Counted from the first letter of the stretch, positions 52,954 to 59,404 are shown. The stretch: DNA of 64,000 bases from an uncultured Alphaproteobacteria bacterium (GCA_902595755.1 CACJRF010000001.1:1447-65446), one strand, 5' to 3'. Program-made: numbers and translations. The notes: generated by a model not told the origin, from the letters alone.

Positions 52954-52997
52954 GGCGCCTAAAACCTGTCCAAAGGGAAGGAAGAATTTTAGACGCC
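52954..52997. other. GC-rich imperfect hairpin inside E1
   Basis: GGCGCCTAAAA ... TTTTAGACGCC: 11-bp arms with one mismatch and a 22-nt loop. Locally GC-rich in an AT-rich spacer. Confidence 0.35.
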
Positions 52998-53062
52998 AAC
53001 ATAATACATAGTAATTAAGATATCTCTGTAGAAATTTTTTATGTTTATACCTATTATTAATT

Positions 53063-53175
53063 CTGATTATAGATTTATTTAAACTAATCCTATTAACCTT
53101 GATTGAAAAATTATTAGTAATCATTGTAATTTAGTCTGTATTAATTTTTTTTTCTTTAGAAAATAGAAATTATAA
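53063..53175. repeat. X repeat, copy in E1 (homolog at 54571..54680)
   Basis: About 110 nt alignable by eye with 54571..54680, e.g. TTGAAAAATTATTA(G/A)TAATCATTG and TTTAGAAAAT(A/G)GAAAT. Confidence 0.7.
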
Positions 53176-53181
53176 AATTAA

Positions 53182-53460
53182 TCCGTGCAGAAGTCGTGCA
53201 GAAAATGTCCTCAATTTGCAGACACTTTTGCAGACACTTTTTGAGGAATACCCAGAAACAGAGGGTCTTAGACCATAAACCGAGACACAGAAGTCTCATC
53301 GGCAAGAGCGGGCGATTGTTCGCCCTTGTTTGTTTTAGGGAGACTCACAAAGGGTTTCAGAGGATTCACTCTTCAACAAATAAGGGAAATCACTGTGCAA
53401 AAAGTGTTATGCACTTGCAATGCACTTTTATTTGTTCATCATTTATTTTTCTGGATTGTT
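53182..53460 (+). repeat. junction repeat J1: element right end + tmRNA 3' core copy 1 + element left end
   Basis: TCCGTGCAGAAGTCGTGCAGAAAATG...TTTGCAGACACTTTTGCAGACAC, then ACCGAGACACAGAAGTCTCATCGGCAAG and the terminator, then the same downstream sequence as after ssrA. Confidence 0.85.
53304..53336 (+). terminator. terminator copy 1
   Basis: AAGAGCGGGC-GATT-GTTCGCCCTT plus GTTTGTTTT. One extra mismatch relative to copy 0. Confidence 0.6.
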
Positions 53461-53535
53461 AGAATGGTTGAAAGAATTGTAAAATTTTTTTTAAGTTGCT
53501 TGATTAATGGCGTAAAAATTAATTAAAATTTATTT

Positions 53536-54075
53536 ATGAAAAGACTATACCTCAAATTTTTTAAAATATATTTATCAGTTTCAATCATACTTTTAGGATG
53601 TGTAAAAGTAAATTCTTCTGAGGGTATAAATGATGTCAAAAATTTATTAGAAGGAAGGTATGAACTAGTTTATTGGACAGAAAATAACATCCAATATTAT
53701 TACCCAGAAGTAGCAGGAATACTTATCTTAAATAATAATAATGCTTTAATTACCTTGGATAAAAATATGGATACAAACAAGTCTGCCGAATTAATAGGAT
53801 GGGGAAAATATGAAATTAACAGTGAATCATTTCATATCGGATGGCATGATTGGAAGTTATTATTGATTGAAAATAATATTAAAACTGTAAAAAAAAAATC
53901 TCCTTGGGAAGGTATGAGAGAATATAGTGTTTTTTTTAAAGATAATAAATTAGTTTTAACTTCAATAACTGGCAAACAATCTTGGAACATAAATAAAAAT
54001 TCTATAGTTTATATGGATAGAGAGTGGGGTGAAAATCAAGACGAAGTTGTAAGATATTGGAGAAGAGTAAATTAA
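53536..54075 (+). CDS. lipoprotein of unknown function (E2 cargo)
   Basis: Signal peptide with lipobox ILLGC, 179 aa, no motif recognised. Confidence 0.6.
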   Translation: MKRLYLKFFKIYLSVSIILLGCVKVNSSEGINDVKNLLEGRYELVYWTENNIQYYYPEVAGILILNNNNALITLDKNMDTNKSAELIGWGKYEINSESFHIGWHDWKLLLIENNIKTVKKKSPWEGMREYSVFFKDNKLVLTSITGKQSWNINKNSIVYMDREWGENQDEVVRYWRRVN

Positions 54076-54148
54076 AAAAAATTCTTTCTATTTGCATTTA
54101 AATTAAAAAATTTTTTAATGTACTTATTAAATACTTTAGTGTTAAGAA

Positions 54149-54307
54149 ATGAAAAAATTCTTTTTAATTGTAATGACTATTTTTTTATCTAAAAATGTAA
54201 ATTCATTAGAATTGTTATGTAGTGGAGAAAAACCAAGATTACAAAATCAAAAACAAATGGTAAATGACCACATTAAATTGTTCCCAGATTACTATGGTAA
54301 AAAGTAG
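54149..54307 (+). CDS. 52-aa putative secreted protein (not in ORF track)
   Basis: Hand translation MKKFFLIVMTIFLSKNVNSLELLCSGEKPRLQNQKQMVNDHIKLFPDYYGKK. The stop abuts the first base of repeat J2. Confidence 0.35.
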   Translation: MKKFFLIVMTIFLSKNVNSLELLCSGEKPRLQNQKQMVNDHIKLFPDYYGKK

Positions 54308-54500
54308 TCCGTGCAGAAGTCGTGCAGAAAATGTCCTCAATTTGCATACACTTTTGCATACACTTTTTAAGAAAGTCCCAGAAACAAAGGGTCTTAAGAC
54401 ATTTACCGAGACACAGAAGTCTCATCGGCAAAGGCGGGCAATTGTTCGCCCTTGTTTGTTTTAGAAATACTCACAAAGGGTTTCAGAGTATTTACTCTTC
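54308..54500 (+). repeat. junction repeat J2: right end + core copy 2 + left end
   Basis: The first ~60 nt are identical to J1, except that both TGCAGA units of the second pair read TGCATA. Confidence 0.85.
54430..54462 (+). terminator. terminator copy 2
   Basis: AAAGGCGGGC-AATT-GTTCGCCCTT plus GTTTGTTTT. Confidence 0.6.
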
Positions 54501-54570
54501 AGTAATAATATGAAGAAATATGGCGAGTAAAAAGATTATCCCAACTTGTTATTTCAATCATAAAATTAGT

Positions 54571-54680
54571 TGATAATGATATAGATTTATCTAAACTTAT
54601 CCAAATGACCTTTATTGAAAAATTATTAATAATCATTGCGGTTTGGTCTGTAGTGATTTTTTTGTTTAGAAAATGGAAAT
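54571..54680. repeat. X repeat, copy in E3
   Basis: Homolog of 53063..53175 (see that entry). Confidence 0.7.
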
Positions 54681-54702
54681 AATTAGATTGTATGTAAAGT
54701 GA

Positions 54703-54827
54703 GTACCGGCAAAAGTCGTGCAGAAATTGTCGTCATTTTGAATACACTTTACTTACACTTTATTCATGCACCGAAATATGTAAGTATCATCTGCAAAGGC
54801 GGGCAATCGTTTGCCCTTGTTTGTTTT
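54703..54827 (+). repeat. junction repeat J3: degenerate right end + core copy 3 (attR-like, no left-end block follows)
   Basis: AAAAGTCGTGCAGAAATTG...TTTGAATACACTTTACTTACAC...ACCGAAATATGTAAGTATCATCTGCAAAGGCGGGCAATCGTTTGCCCTTGTTTGTTTT. Sequence to the right is unrelated to the other copies. Confidence 0.7.
54795..54827 (+). terminator. terminator copy 3
   Basis: AAAGGCGGGC-AATC-GTTTGCCCTT plus GTTTGTTTT. Confidence 0.55.
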
Positions 54828-54888
54828 ATAGGATTAATTGTAGGATTTATATATTCTAATTTTGAAAGATAAATCTTTATTTTATATC

Positions 54889-55401
54889 TTACTCAATTAT
54901 AATTTTCCCGCGCATACCCATTTCTGCGTGTGACTTATTAATTTTATTATCAATAACTTTACAATTTAAATCATCAAAAACTCCGGTTTTAATCGGAACA
55001 AACCACCACTCCAAAGTATTATTCGGGAAAATTTCTACCTCAAGAATATCGCCTTTAATCTCAGCTATTTTTTCTTTATCCTTATTGACTTGAATCTTTC
55101 TTGTAAAAATTGAATCTGCAAACTCTTTTGATGTGAAATAATGTTTACTATCGCTCAGATTTTTTAATTTTAATTTATAAAGTTTTCCTGTCTCAAACTT
55201 TAAAAGTGATGGCTCATAATAATGAAACTCACCAGAGCTACCCTTTAATAAAACTTCGATACTTATTGGCTTTTGTCTTGTGAGGTCTCCTTTTCCATTA
55301 GATTTACTCGTAGTAAACAAAGTTAAAATTATCAAGGAAAGTAAAAAATAAAAGTTATATAAAAGTGTTCTCATTATTAGGTTCACAAAATTAAAAAACA
55401 T
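54889..55401 (-). CDS. secreted cupredoxin-like protein
   Basis: Signal peptide. C-terminal LNC...SHAEMGMRGKIIIE resembles the Cys/His/Met copper-ligand loop ending GM-x-G-x-I, with an unusually long Cys-His spacer. Alternative start 55374. Confidence 0.6.
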   Translation of the reverse strand: MFFNFVNLIMRTLLYNFYFLLSLIILTLFTTSKSNGKGDLTRQKPISIEVLLKGSSGEFHYYEPSLLKFETGKLYKLKLKNLSDSKHYFTSKEFADSIFTRKIQVNKDKEKIAEIKGDILEVEIFPNNTLEWWFVPIKTGVFDDLNCKVIDNKINKSHAEMGMRGKIIIE

Positions 55402-55428
55402 TGAATTATATTAATGAGTTCATAGAAT

Positions 55429-55442
55429 ATATAACGTTACAT
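55429..55442. promoter_or_regulatory. candidate Zur/Fur-type operator palindrome
   Basis: ATATAACGTTACAT: 14-bp palindrome (6 of 7 pairs) centred on ACGT, in the divergent cupredoxin/zur spacer. AT-rich background makes chance matches likely. Confidence 0.25.
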
Positions 55443-55472
55443 TTTATCGAATATTATGTTAGGATTTTTTTT

Positions 55473-55901
55473 ATGAATTCAAGCTTAGAAAAAAAGGCAT
55501 TAGATTTTTGTATAAAAAATAAGCACAGATACACAAAACCTAGAGAAAGTGTGTTAAGAATCATTGCATCAAGTAATAAGCCGATTAAGGCGTATGATGT
55601 TTTAAAGCATCTAAAAAAAGTTTTAAAAAATCCTAAACCTCCAACTGCCTACAGAGCAATAGAATTTTGGGAAAAGTATAATTTCATCCATAGAATTGAT
55701 AGTCTTAATGCTTATTTCGTATGTGAGGCTGAACACCTGCATTCAGGATCTCAGTTTCTTATTTGTAATCAATGTGGTGAAGTAACTGAGTCTCATATTT
55801 GTGAAATACCCAAAATAATTAAAAAGAAAATAGAAAAAAATATTTTTTCAGCGAAAAGTTGGAACTTAGAAGTGAAGGGAATTTGTTCAAAATGTTTTTA
55901 A
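55473..55901 (+). CDS. zur: Fur-family metalloregulator, Zur-like
   Basis: PPTAYRAIEFWEKYNFIHRIDSLNAYFVC, plus CNQCG and CSKC structural-zinc pairs. ATG 55473 preferred over the TTG 55401 track start. Confidence 0.8.
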   Translation: MNSSLEKKALDFCIKNKHRYTKPRESVLRIIASSNKPIKAYDVLKHLKKVLKNPKPPTAYRAIEFWEKYNFIHRIDSLNAYFVCEAEHLHSGSQFLICNQCGEVTESHICEIPKIIKKKIEKNIFSAKSWNLEVKGICSKCF

Positions 55902-56077
55902 AAACTATAAATAATAAAAGTTAAATTTAGGCAAAATAATAAAAAAATCTTGTTATTTGTATAAAAATAAGAATATGTTAGATTAGCATTATAATTTCTA
56001 TTTATATTTTATTTATATAAAATTTATTAGTTATTATGCTTAATAACAGATTAACCTCTGAATTTAATGGAGTATAT

Positions 56078-56284
56078 ATGAAGACCGGTAAAGTAAAATG
56101 GTTTAACGAAAACAAAGGGTATGGCTTTATAGCGCCTGATGATGGAGAAAAAGATGTTTTTGTCCATTACACCGCACTAGAAAAGGCTGGTATTAAAAAT
56201 CTTTCAGAGGGACAAAAAGTATCTTTTGATGTAGCTGAAAATAAAGGTAAGTTTGCTGCAGATAATCTAAAAATTTCAGAATAA
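56078..56284 (+). CDS. cspA: cold-shock protein (CspA family)
   Basis: [21 protein letters not shown]-1 motif and VFVHYT RNP-2. GGAG SD before ATG 56078. Long AT-rich 5' leader (55902-56077). Confidence 0.93.
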   Translation: MKTGKVKWFNENKGYGFIAPDDGEKDVFVHYTALEKAGIKNLSEGQKVSFDVAENKGKFAADNLKISE

Positions 56285-56322
56285 CAATTCTTTTAAGATC
56301 TATTTAAAAAAATATTAACATC

Positions 56323-56347
56323 AAAAAAAAAGGGGACCTAAGCCCCC
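56323..56347 (-). terminator. intrinsic terminator (minus strand; may also serve cspA)
   Basis: Minus strand GGGGGC-TTAG-GTCCCC followed by nine T. Lies 36 nt after the 24-codon ORF stop. Confidence 0.7.
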
Positions 56348-56382
56348 TTCCGTATTCTGATAACAGTTACAAATTTTATAAA

Positions 56383-56457
56383 TCAACCTGAAATCAAAGG
56401 TTGCTCTGATAAAAAGTTAATTAATTTGAAATTGTTTGGATCATAAATACTAGACAT
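56383..56457 (-). CDS. 24-aa peptide MSSIYDPNNFKLINFLSEQPLISG (not in ORF track)
   Basis: ATG preceded by TAAGGAGGTGATC (13-nt perfect complement of the canonical 16S 3' tail) with 7-nt GGAGG-to-ATG spacing. Followed by a strong terminator. Confidence 0.45.
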   Translation of the reverse strand: MSSIYDPNNFKLINFLSEQPLISG

Positions 56458-56459
56458 CA

Positions 56460-56472
56460 GATCACCTCCTTA
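56460..56472 (-). promoter_or_regulatory. 13-nt perfect Shine-Dalgarno
   Basis: The plus strand reads GATCACCTCCTTA, identical to the conserved bacterial 16S rRNA 3' terminus. The minus strand reads TAAGGAGGTGATC. Confidence 0.55.
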
Positions 56473-56547
56473 AAAAAAAGATTAATATTTAATATTTATA
56501 TTATGAATTTATAGAAAATATTCAATTGATAGATGTATTTAAATTGA

Positions 56548-57075
56548 TTATTTATCAAAATGTTCTTCATAGAAAAACTTTCCATTTTCATAATATTCGA
56601 CTTTTATTTTTTTTCCTAACTCATCAAAGTGTATCCAGTTTGAATTTGGTCTCCCACTAAGATATGTAACTTCTGACATAATTTCACCATTTTTGTGGAA
56701 AGTTCTAAATAAACCGTCTTCTTCCAAACCGTCATAATAGTTTAATTTCCAATAAATTGATCCATCTTCGTGAAACTCTTTCCATTGACCGTGTTGCTTA
56801 CCTTTTTTGAACATACCATACATTGAAACTTTTCCATTTTCATAAAAACTTTTAAATTCCCCATGTTGCATACCATTTTTAAAATTATCTATTAATTGTA
56901 ATTTTCCAGAAGGATAATAGTTTTTTAATATACCGCTAAAAGGTTGATTATCAGATTTCTTATAAAAAATATTTCCTTTTCTGACTAGGTCATTCCAGGA
57001 ATTTATCTCTTCTGATAAGAGATTAGTCTCAAAAATAAAAATTAAAAAAAAAAATTTCAAAAAAAATGCAAACAT
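56548..57075 (-). CDS. secreted MORN-variant repeat protein (YwqK-like)
   Basis: Signal peptide, then repeated G-x-x-x-G-x-x-K-x-(F/Y)-x-x-(N/D)-G units (GMQHGEFKSFYENGK, GKQHGQWKEFHEDGS). Confidence 0.7.
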   Translation of the reverse strand: MFAFFLKFFFLIFIFETNLLSEEINSWNDLVRKGNIFYKKSDNQPFSGILKNYYPSGKLQLIDNFKNGMQHGEFKSFYENGKVSMYGMFKKGKQHGQWKEFHEDGSIYWKLNYYDGLEEDGLFRTFHKNGEIMSEVTYLSGRPNSNWIHFDELGKKIKVEYYENGKFFYEEHFDK

Positions 57076-57130
57076 ATTATTAACATTATACTTACTAAAA
57101 CCTTTTCAATGATTAAATACTTTAAAATTT

Positions 57131-58162
57131 TTAAAATGCGTATTGCCACCCCAAAACTATCTTGTAGCGTTCCCCCATTTGAATACCATTATATTTTTGA
57201 TGAATTGGGACTAAAAATTCTAAACCTAATCTATTATTCTTTAAAAAATTTTCGTGATTGATAAAATTTAAACCTATACCTAAAGTAAATTTTTGAAAAC
57301 CCTGATTGTATGAATCCATCGCTGGACTCATTCTTTTATTCATCTCATTGTCTGATCCACTCATTTTATCTTTATAATTATAAGTAAGTTTAACTGAGCC
57401 ACTTAACTCATTTAAAATTCTATAAGACATCCATAAATTTGCATCAAATTCCTTACCGTATTTATAACCTTTTGAATTATTCCCTGATACAGGTACCTTA
57501 AAATGTATCTGTTCTCCGATTTTAAATTTGTCAATTGTATTCAAATTATTAACTAAAAAATAGGTATCATATGTACCTGTACTATTTTGCATTCCATATC
57601 CTAATCTTGTGTTATTCGATGCAGGCGTTCTTCCTCTTTTATCTATACTGCCGGTTGGCAAACTAACTCCTAATAAAAAACTATTCTCCCAATTAGTTTC
57701 ATTTAGCAATGTTATTAAAGCTGACGCCTTTAAATCACTAAAACCAGATGAATTGACTTCAAAGTTTGTTCCACCTGCCATCCTCATTCTTTGTTTAGTC
57801 ATCTCTTTTTCTAAAAAGCTATTCATCAACATAAGTGTTATTCTATTTGAGGGGGCATACATCATACCAAACATATGCATATCCATAGACATAGATTTTG
57901 GTACATTCATATACGATCCTGAACCATCAGAAGCACCATTTGGTGCATTCATTACAGCATCTTTGGAAAGTTTTTTATTATTATTAAATAACCTACCCAT
58001 CTGCATGTTCATAAATCTATATGAAAACATAACTTCTTTTTTTTTGTGAGTATGATCGCCCATAACAGAAATGGGTGCATGTGAATCAGCTAGTTGAATA
58101 TTATCGGCAAATACTTTGTTGAATTGAAATAATATGAGTAAAATTGTGATTATAAATATAAT
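57131..58162 (-). CDS. outer-membrane beta-barrel protein; start codon non-canonical or unresolved
   Basis: C-terminal GWQYAF (terminal Phe), alternating beta-strand pattern. The frame is open 105 nt upstream of the track ATG (58063) and encodes a signal peptide (IIFIITILLILFQFNKVFA-DN). It contains no ATG/GTG/TTG. ATT 58162 follows an AGGAGA SD. Confidence 0.65.
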   Translation of the reverse strand: MIFIITILLILFQFNKVFADNIQLADSHAPISVMGDHTHKKKEVMFSYRFMNMQMGRLFNNNKKLSKDAVMNAPNGASDGSGSYMNVPKSMSMDMHMFGMMYAPSNRITLMLMNSFLEKEMTKQRMRMAGGTNFEVNSSGFSDLKASALITLLNETNWENSFLLGVSLPTGSIDKRGRTPASNNTRLGYGMQNSTGTYDTYFLVNNLNTIDKFKIGEQIHFKVPVSGNNSKGYKYGKEFDANLWMSYRILNELSGSVKLTYNYKDKMSGSDNEMNKRMSPAMDSYNQGFQKFTLGIGLNFINHENFLKNNRLGLEFLVPIHQKYNGIQMGERYKIVLGWQYAF

Positions 58163-58198
58163 CTTCTCCTAAGTTTAATTTTTATTTTTTTATAAATA

Positions 58199-58483
58199 CT
58201 AAATTAAATATTTAGGAGGAGAGTTTGATTTTGGTTCAATTTTAAATAATAAATTTAATTTTTTTATCTGTGATGAATAATCATTGATTAAATAATGAAA
58301 ATAAATGAAATTGTCAAAATTTAAAAACTTAGATTCGATTCCTTTAGAGATACAATGAAGCTCACATGAACTATTCGTGTTTTCCTCTGAACTACATATG
58401 TTAGGATCAATCATTAAAGGTGAAGCAGATAGAGAAGCTTGGCAACCTAATAAATAAAGTAAGATAGTAAAAACTATTCTCAT
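58199..58483 (-). CDS. small Cys-containing lipoprotein
   Basis: Lipobox LLGC and four further Cys. 94 aa. Confidence 0.5.
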   Translation of the reverse strand: MRIVFTILLYLLGCQASLSASPLMIDPNICSSEENTNSSCELHCISKGIESKFLNFDNFIYFHYLINDYSSQIKKLNLLFKIEPKSNSPPKYLI

Positions 58484-58539
58484 GATAAAAACTTATACCA
58501 AATTTTTCTCAGTATACTTACTATTTAAAATAGAAAATT

Positions 58540-59355
58540 TTAGTTTTTAATTTTTGTGAAAAATAACTGCTGATTATCTAACTTGTAAGAATTAATTTTT
58601 TCTTTTGTTTTTTCATCAAGCAACCAATTTATAAACTTCTTTGACTCGGTATATTTAACATTCGGACACTTCTCAGGGTTAATAGGAATAACCCCATAAA
58701 AATTATATAATAAGGGTTCATTTTCGACTAGTATAGCGTGATCACTTTTATTTTTAAAACTTATCCAAGTTGCTCTATCAGTTATTAAATAAGCATTTTT
58801 GTTAACTGCCATGTTTAATGAAGCTCCCATTCCTTGTCCAACTGATAAATACCATTTATCGGTTTGTGGATTTGGCAGAAAATTAATCTTTTTCCAAAGA
58901 CCTATTTCTTTTTTATTTGTTCCGCTATCATCTCCTCTTGATATAAAAAGAAGTTCATGGTTGTGAATCTGTTCCAAAGCGCTTTCTATTGAAATATTAT
59001 TCTTTAAGAATGATGGGTCAGACTTAGGACCCACTAAAATATAATCATTATACATAAACTCTTTTCTGTATAAACCAAAACCATTTCTTATTAATTTTAG
59101 TTCAGACTCCTTATGATGTGCAATAAGAAGATCAGCATCACAATTCTCGGAATTTTTAATAGCCTGCCCTGTTCCAACTGCAACAACTCTAACATCAATA
59201 TTAAATTTTTTTTTAAAATCTGGTAGTATAAAATCATAAAATCCTGAGTCTCTAGTCGAAGTAGTTGACTGAAGAATGAGAAAATCATTTGATTGTATAT
59301 TACTAAAAACAGCTATTAAAAAAAAAGGGATAAGGTAGAGTATTTTCGTTTGCAT
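58540..59355 (-). CDS. TupA-like periplasmic oxyanion (tungstate/molybdate-type) binding protein
   Basis: Signal peptide. TTSTRDSG, VAVGTGQA, RGDDSGT and GQGMGA motifs are collinear with the TupA family. No tupBC nearby. Confidence 0.72.
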   Translation of the reverse strand: MQTKILYLIPFFLIAVFSNIQSNDFLILQSTTSTRDSGFYDFILPDFKKKFNIDVRVVAVGTGQAIKNSENCDADLLIAHHKESELKLIRNGFGLYRKEFMYNDYILVGPKSDPSFLKNNISIESALEQIHNHELLFISRGDDSGTNKKEIGLWKKINFLPNPQTDKWYLSVGQGMGASLNMAVNKNAYLITDRATWISFKNKSDHAILVENEPLLYNFYGVIPINPEKCPNVKYTESKKFINWLLDEKTKEKINSYKLDNQQLFFTKIKN

Positions 59356-59404
59356 TTATTAAATTATATTGGATTAATTTTTTTTTTTCATGTAGTCATA
59401 ATAT

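Larger units (their letters stand above)
52454..53336. mobile_element. candidate att-flanked integrase-less mini-element E1 (883 bp)
   Basis: Bounded by copies 0 and 1 of the tmRNA 3' block. The left end is shared with E2 and the right end with E2 and E3. Cargo is one 53-aa secreted protein gene. Exact crossover point unknown. Confidence 0.5.
53337..54462. mobile_element. candidate att-flanked integrase-less mini-element E2 (1126 bp)
   Basis: Bounded by core copies 1 and 2. Cargo is a 179-aa lipoprotein gene and a 52-aa secreted ORF. No recombinase. Confidence 0.5.
54463..54827. mobile_element. candidate cargo-less miniature element E3 (365 bp)
   Basis: Consists only of a left end (hairpin), an X repeat and a degenerate right end, bounded by core copies 2 and 3. 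Confidence 0.45.

Noticed and set aside
52942-53124. 60-aa minus-strand track ORF in E1
   Set aside because: Only the first ~24 codons are shared with the E3 copy. The remainder crosses a GC-rich hairpin and looks arbitrary. Retained only as an observation under the X-repeat finding.
53196-53526. Track ORFs 53196..53462 and 53326..53526 (and their homologs 54264..54464 and 54322..54513), which give similar peptides MQKMSSIC(R/I)HFC(R/I)HF…
   Set aside because: They run straight through the repeated terminator hairpin and U-tract. Differences between the two copies are mostly non-synonymous and not concentrated at third codon positions. The similarity is explained by the nucleotide repeat itself.
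53182-54827. Possible CRISPR array or integron cassette array
   Set aside because: The repeat units are ~125-280 bp and irregularly spaced (883/1126/365 bp), not 25-40 bp. No cas genes are present, nor intI, nor a recognisable attC R''/R' (GTTRRRY) architecture. The repeats are copies of the ssrA 3' end.
54860-54876. AAAGAT-AA-ATCTTT hairpin downstream of the cupredoxin-like gene, as a terminator
   Set aside because: A 6-bp AT-only stem with a 2-nt loop is not a stable hairpin, and the flanking T-tract is weak.
52083-54900. Complete prophage or integrative island with its own integrase at ssrA
   Set aside because: No ORF in any frame resembles a tyrosine or serine recombinase, an excisionase or phage structural genes. 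The largest ORF is a 179-aa lipoprotein.
56460-56472. Fragment of a 16S rRNA gene (GATCACCTCCTTA)
   Set aside because: Only 13 nt match. The flanks are AT-rich non-rRNA sequence. On the opposite strand it is positioned exactly as an SD for an ATG.
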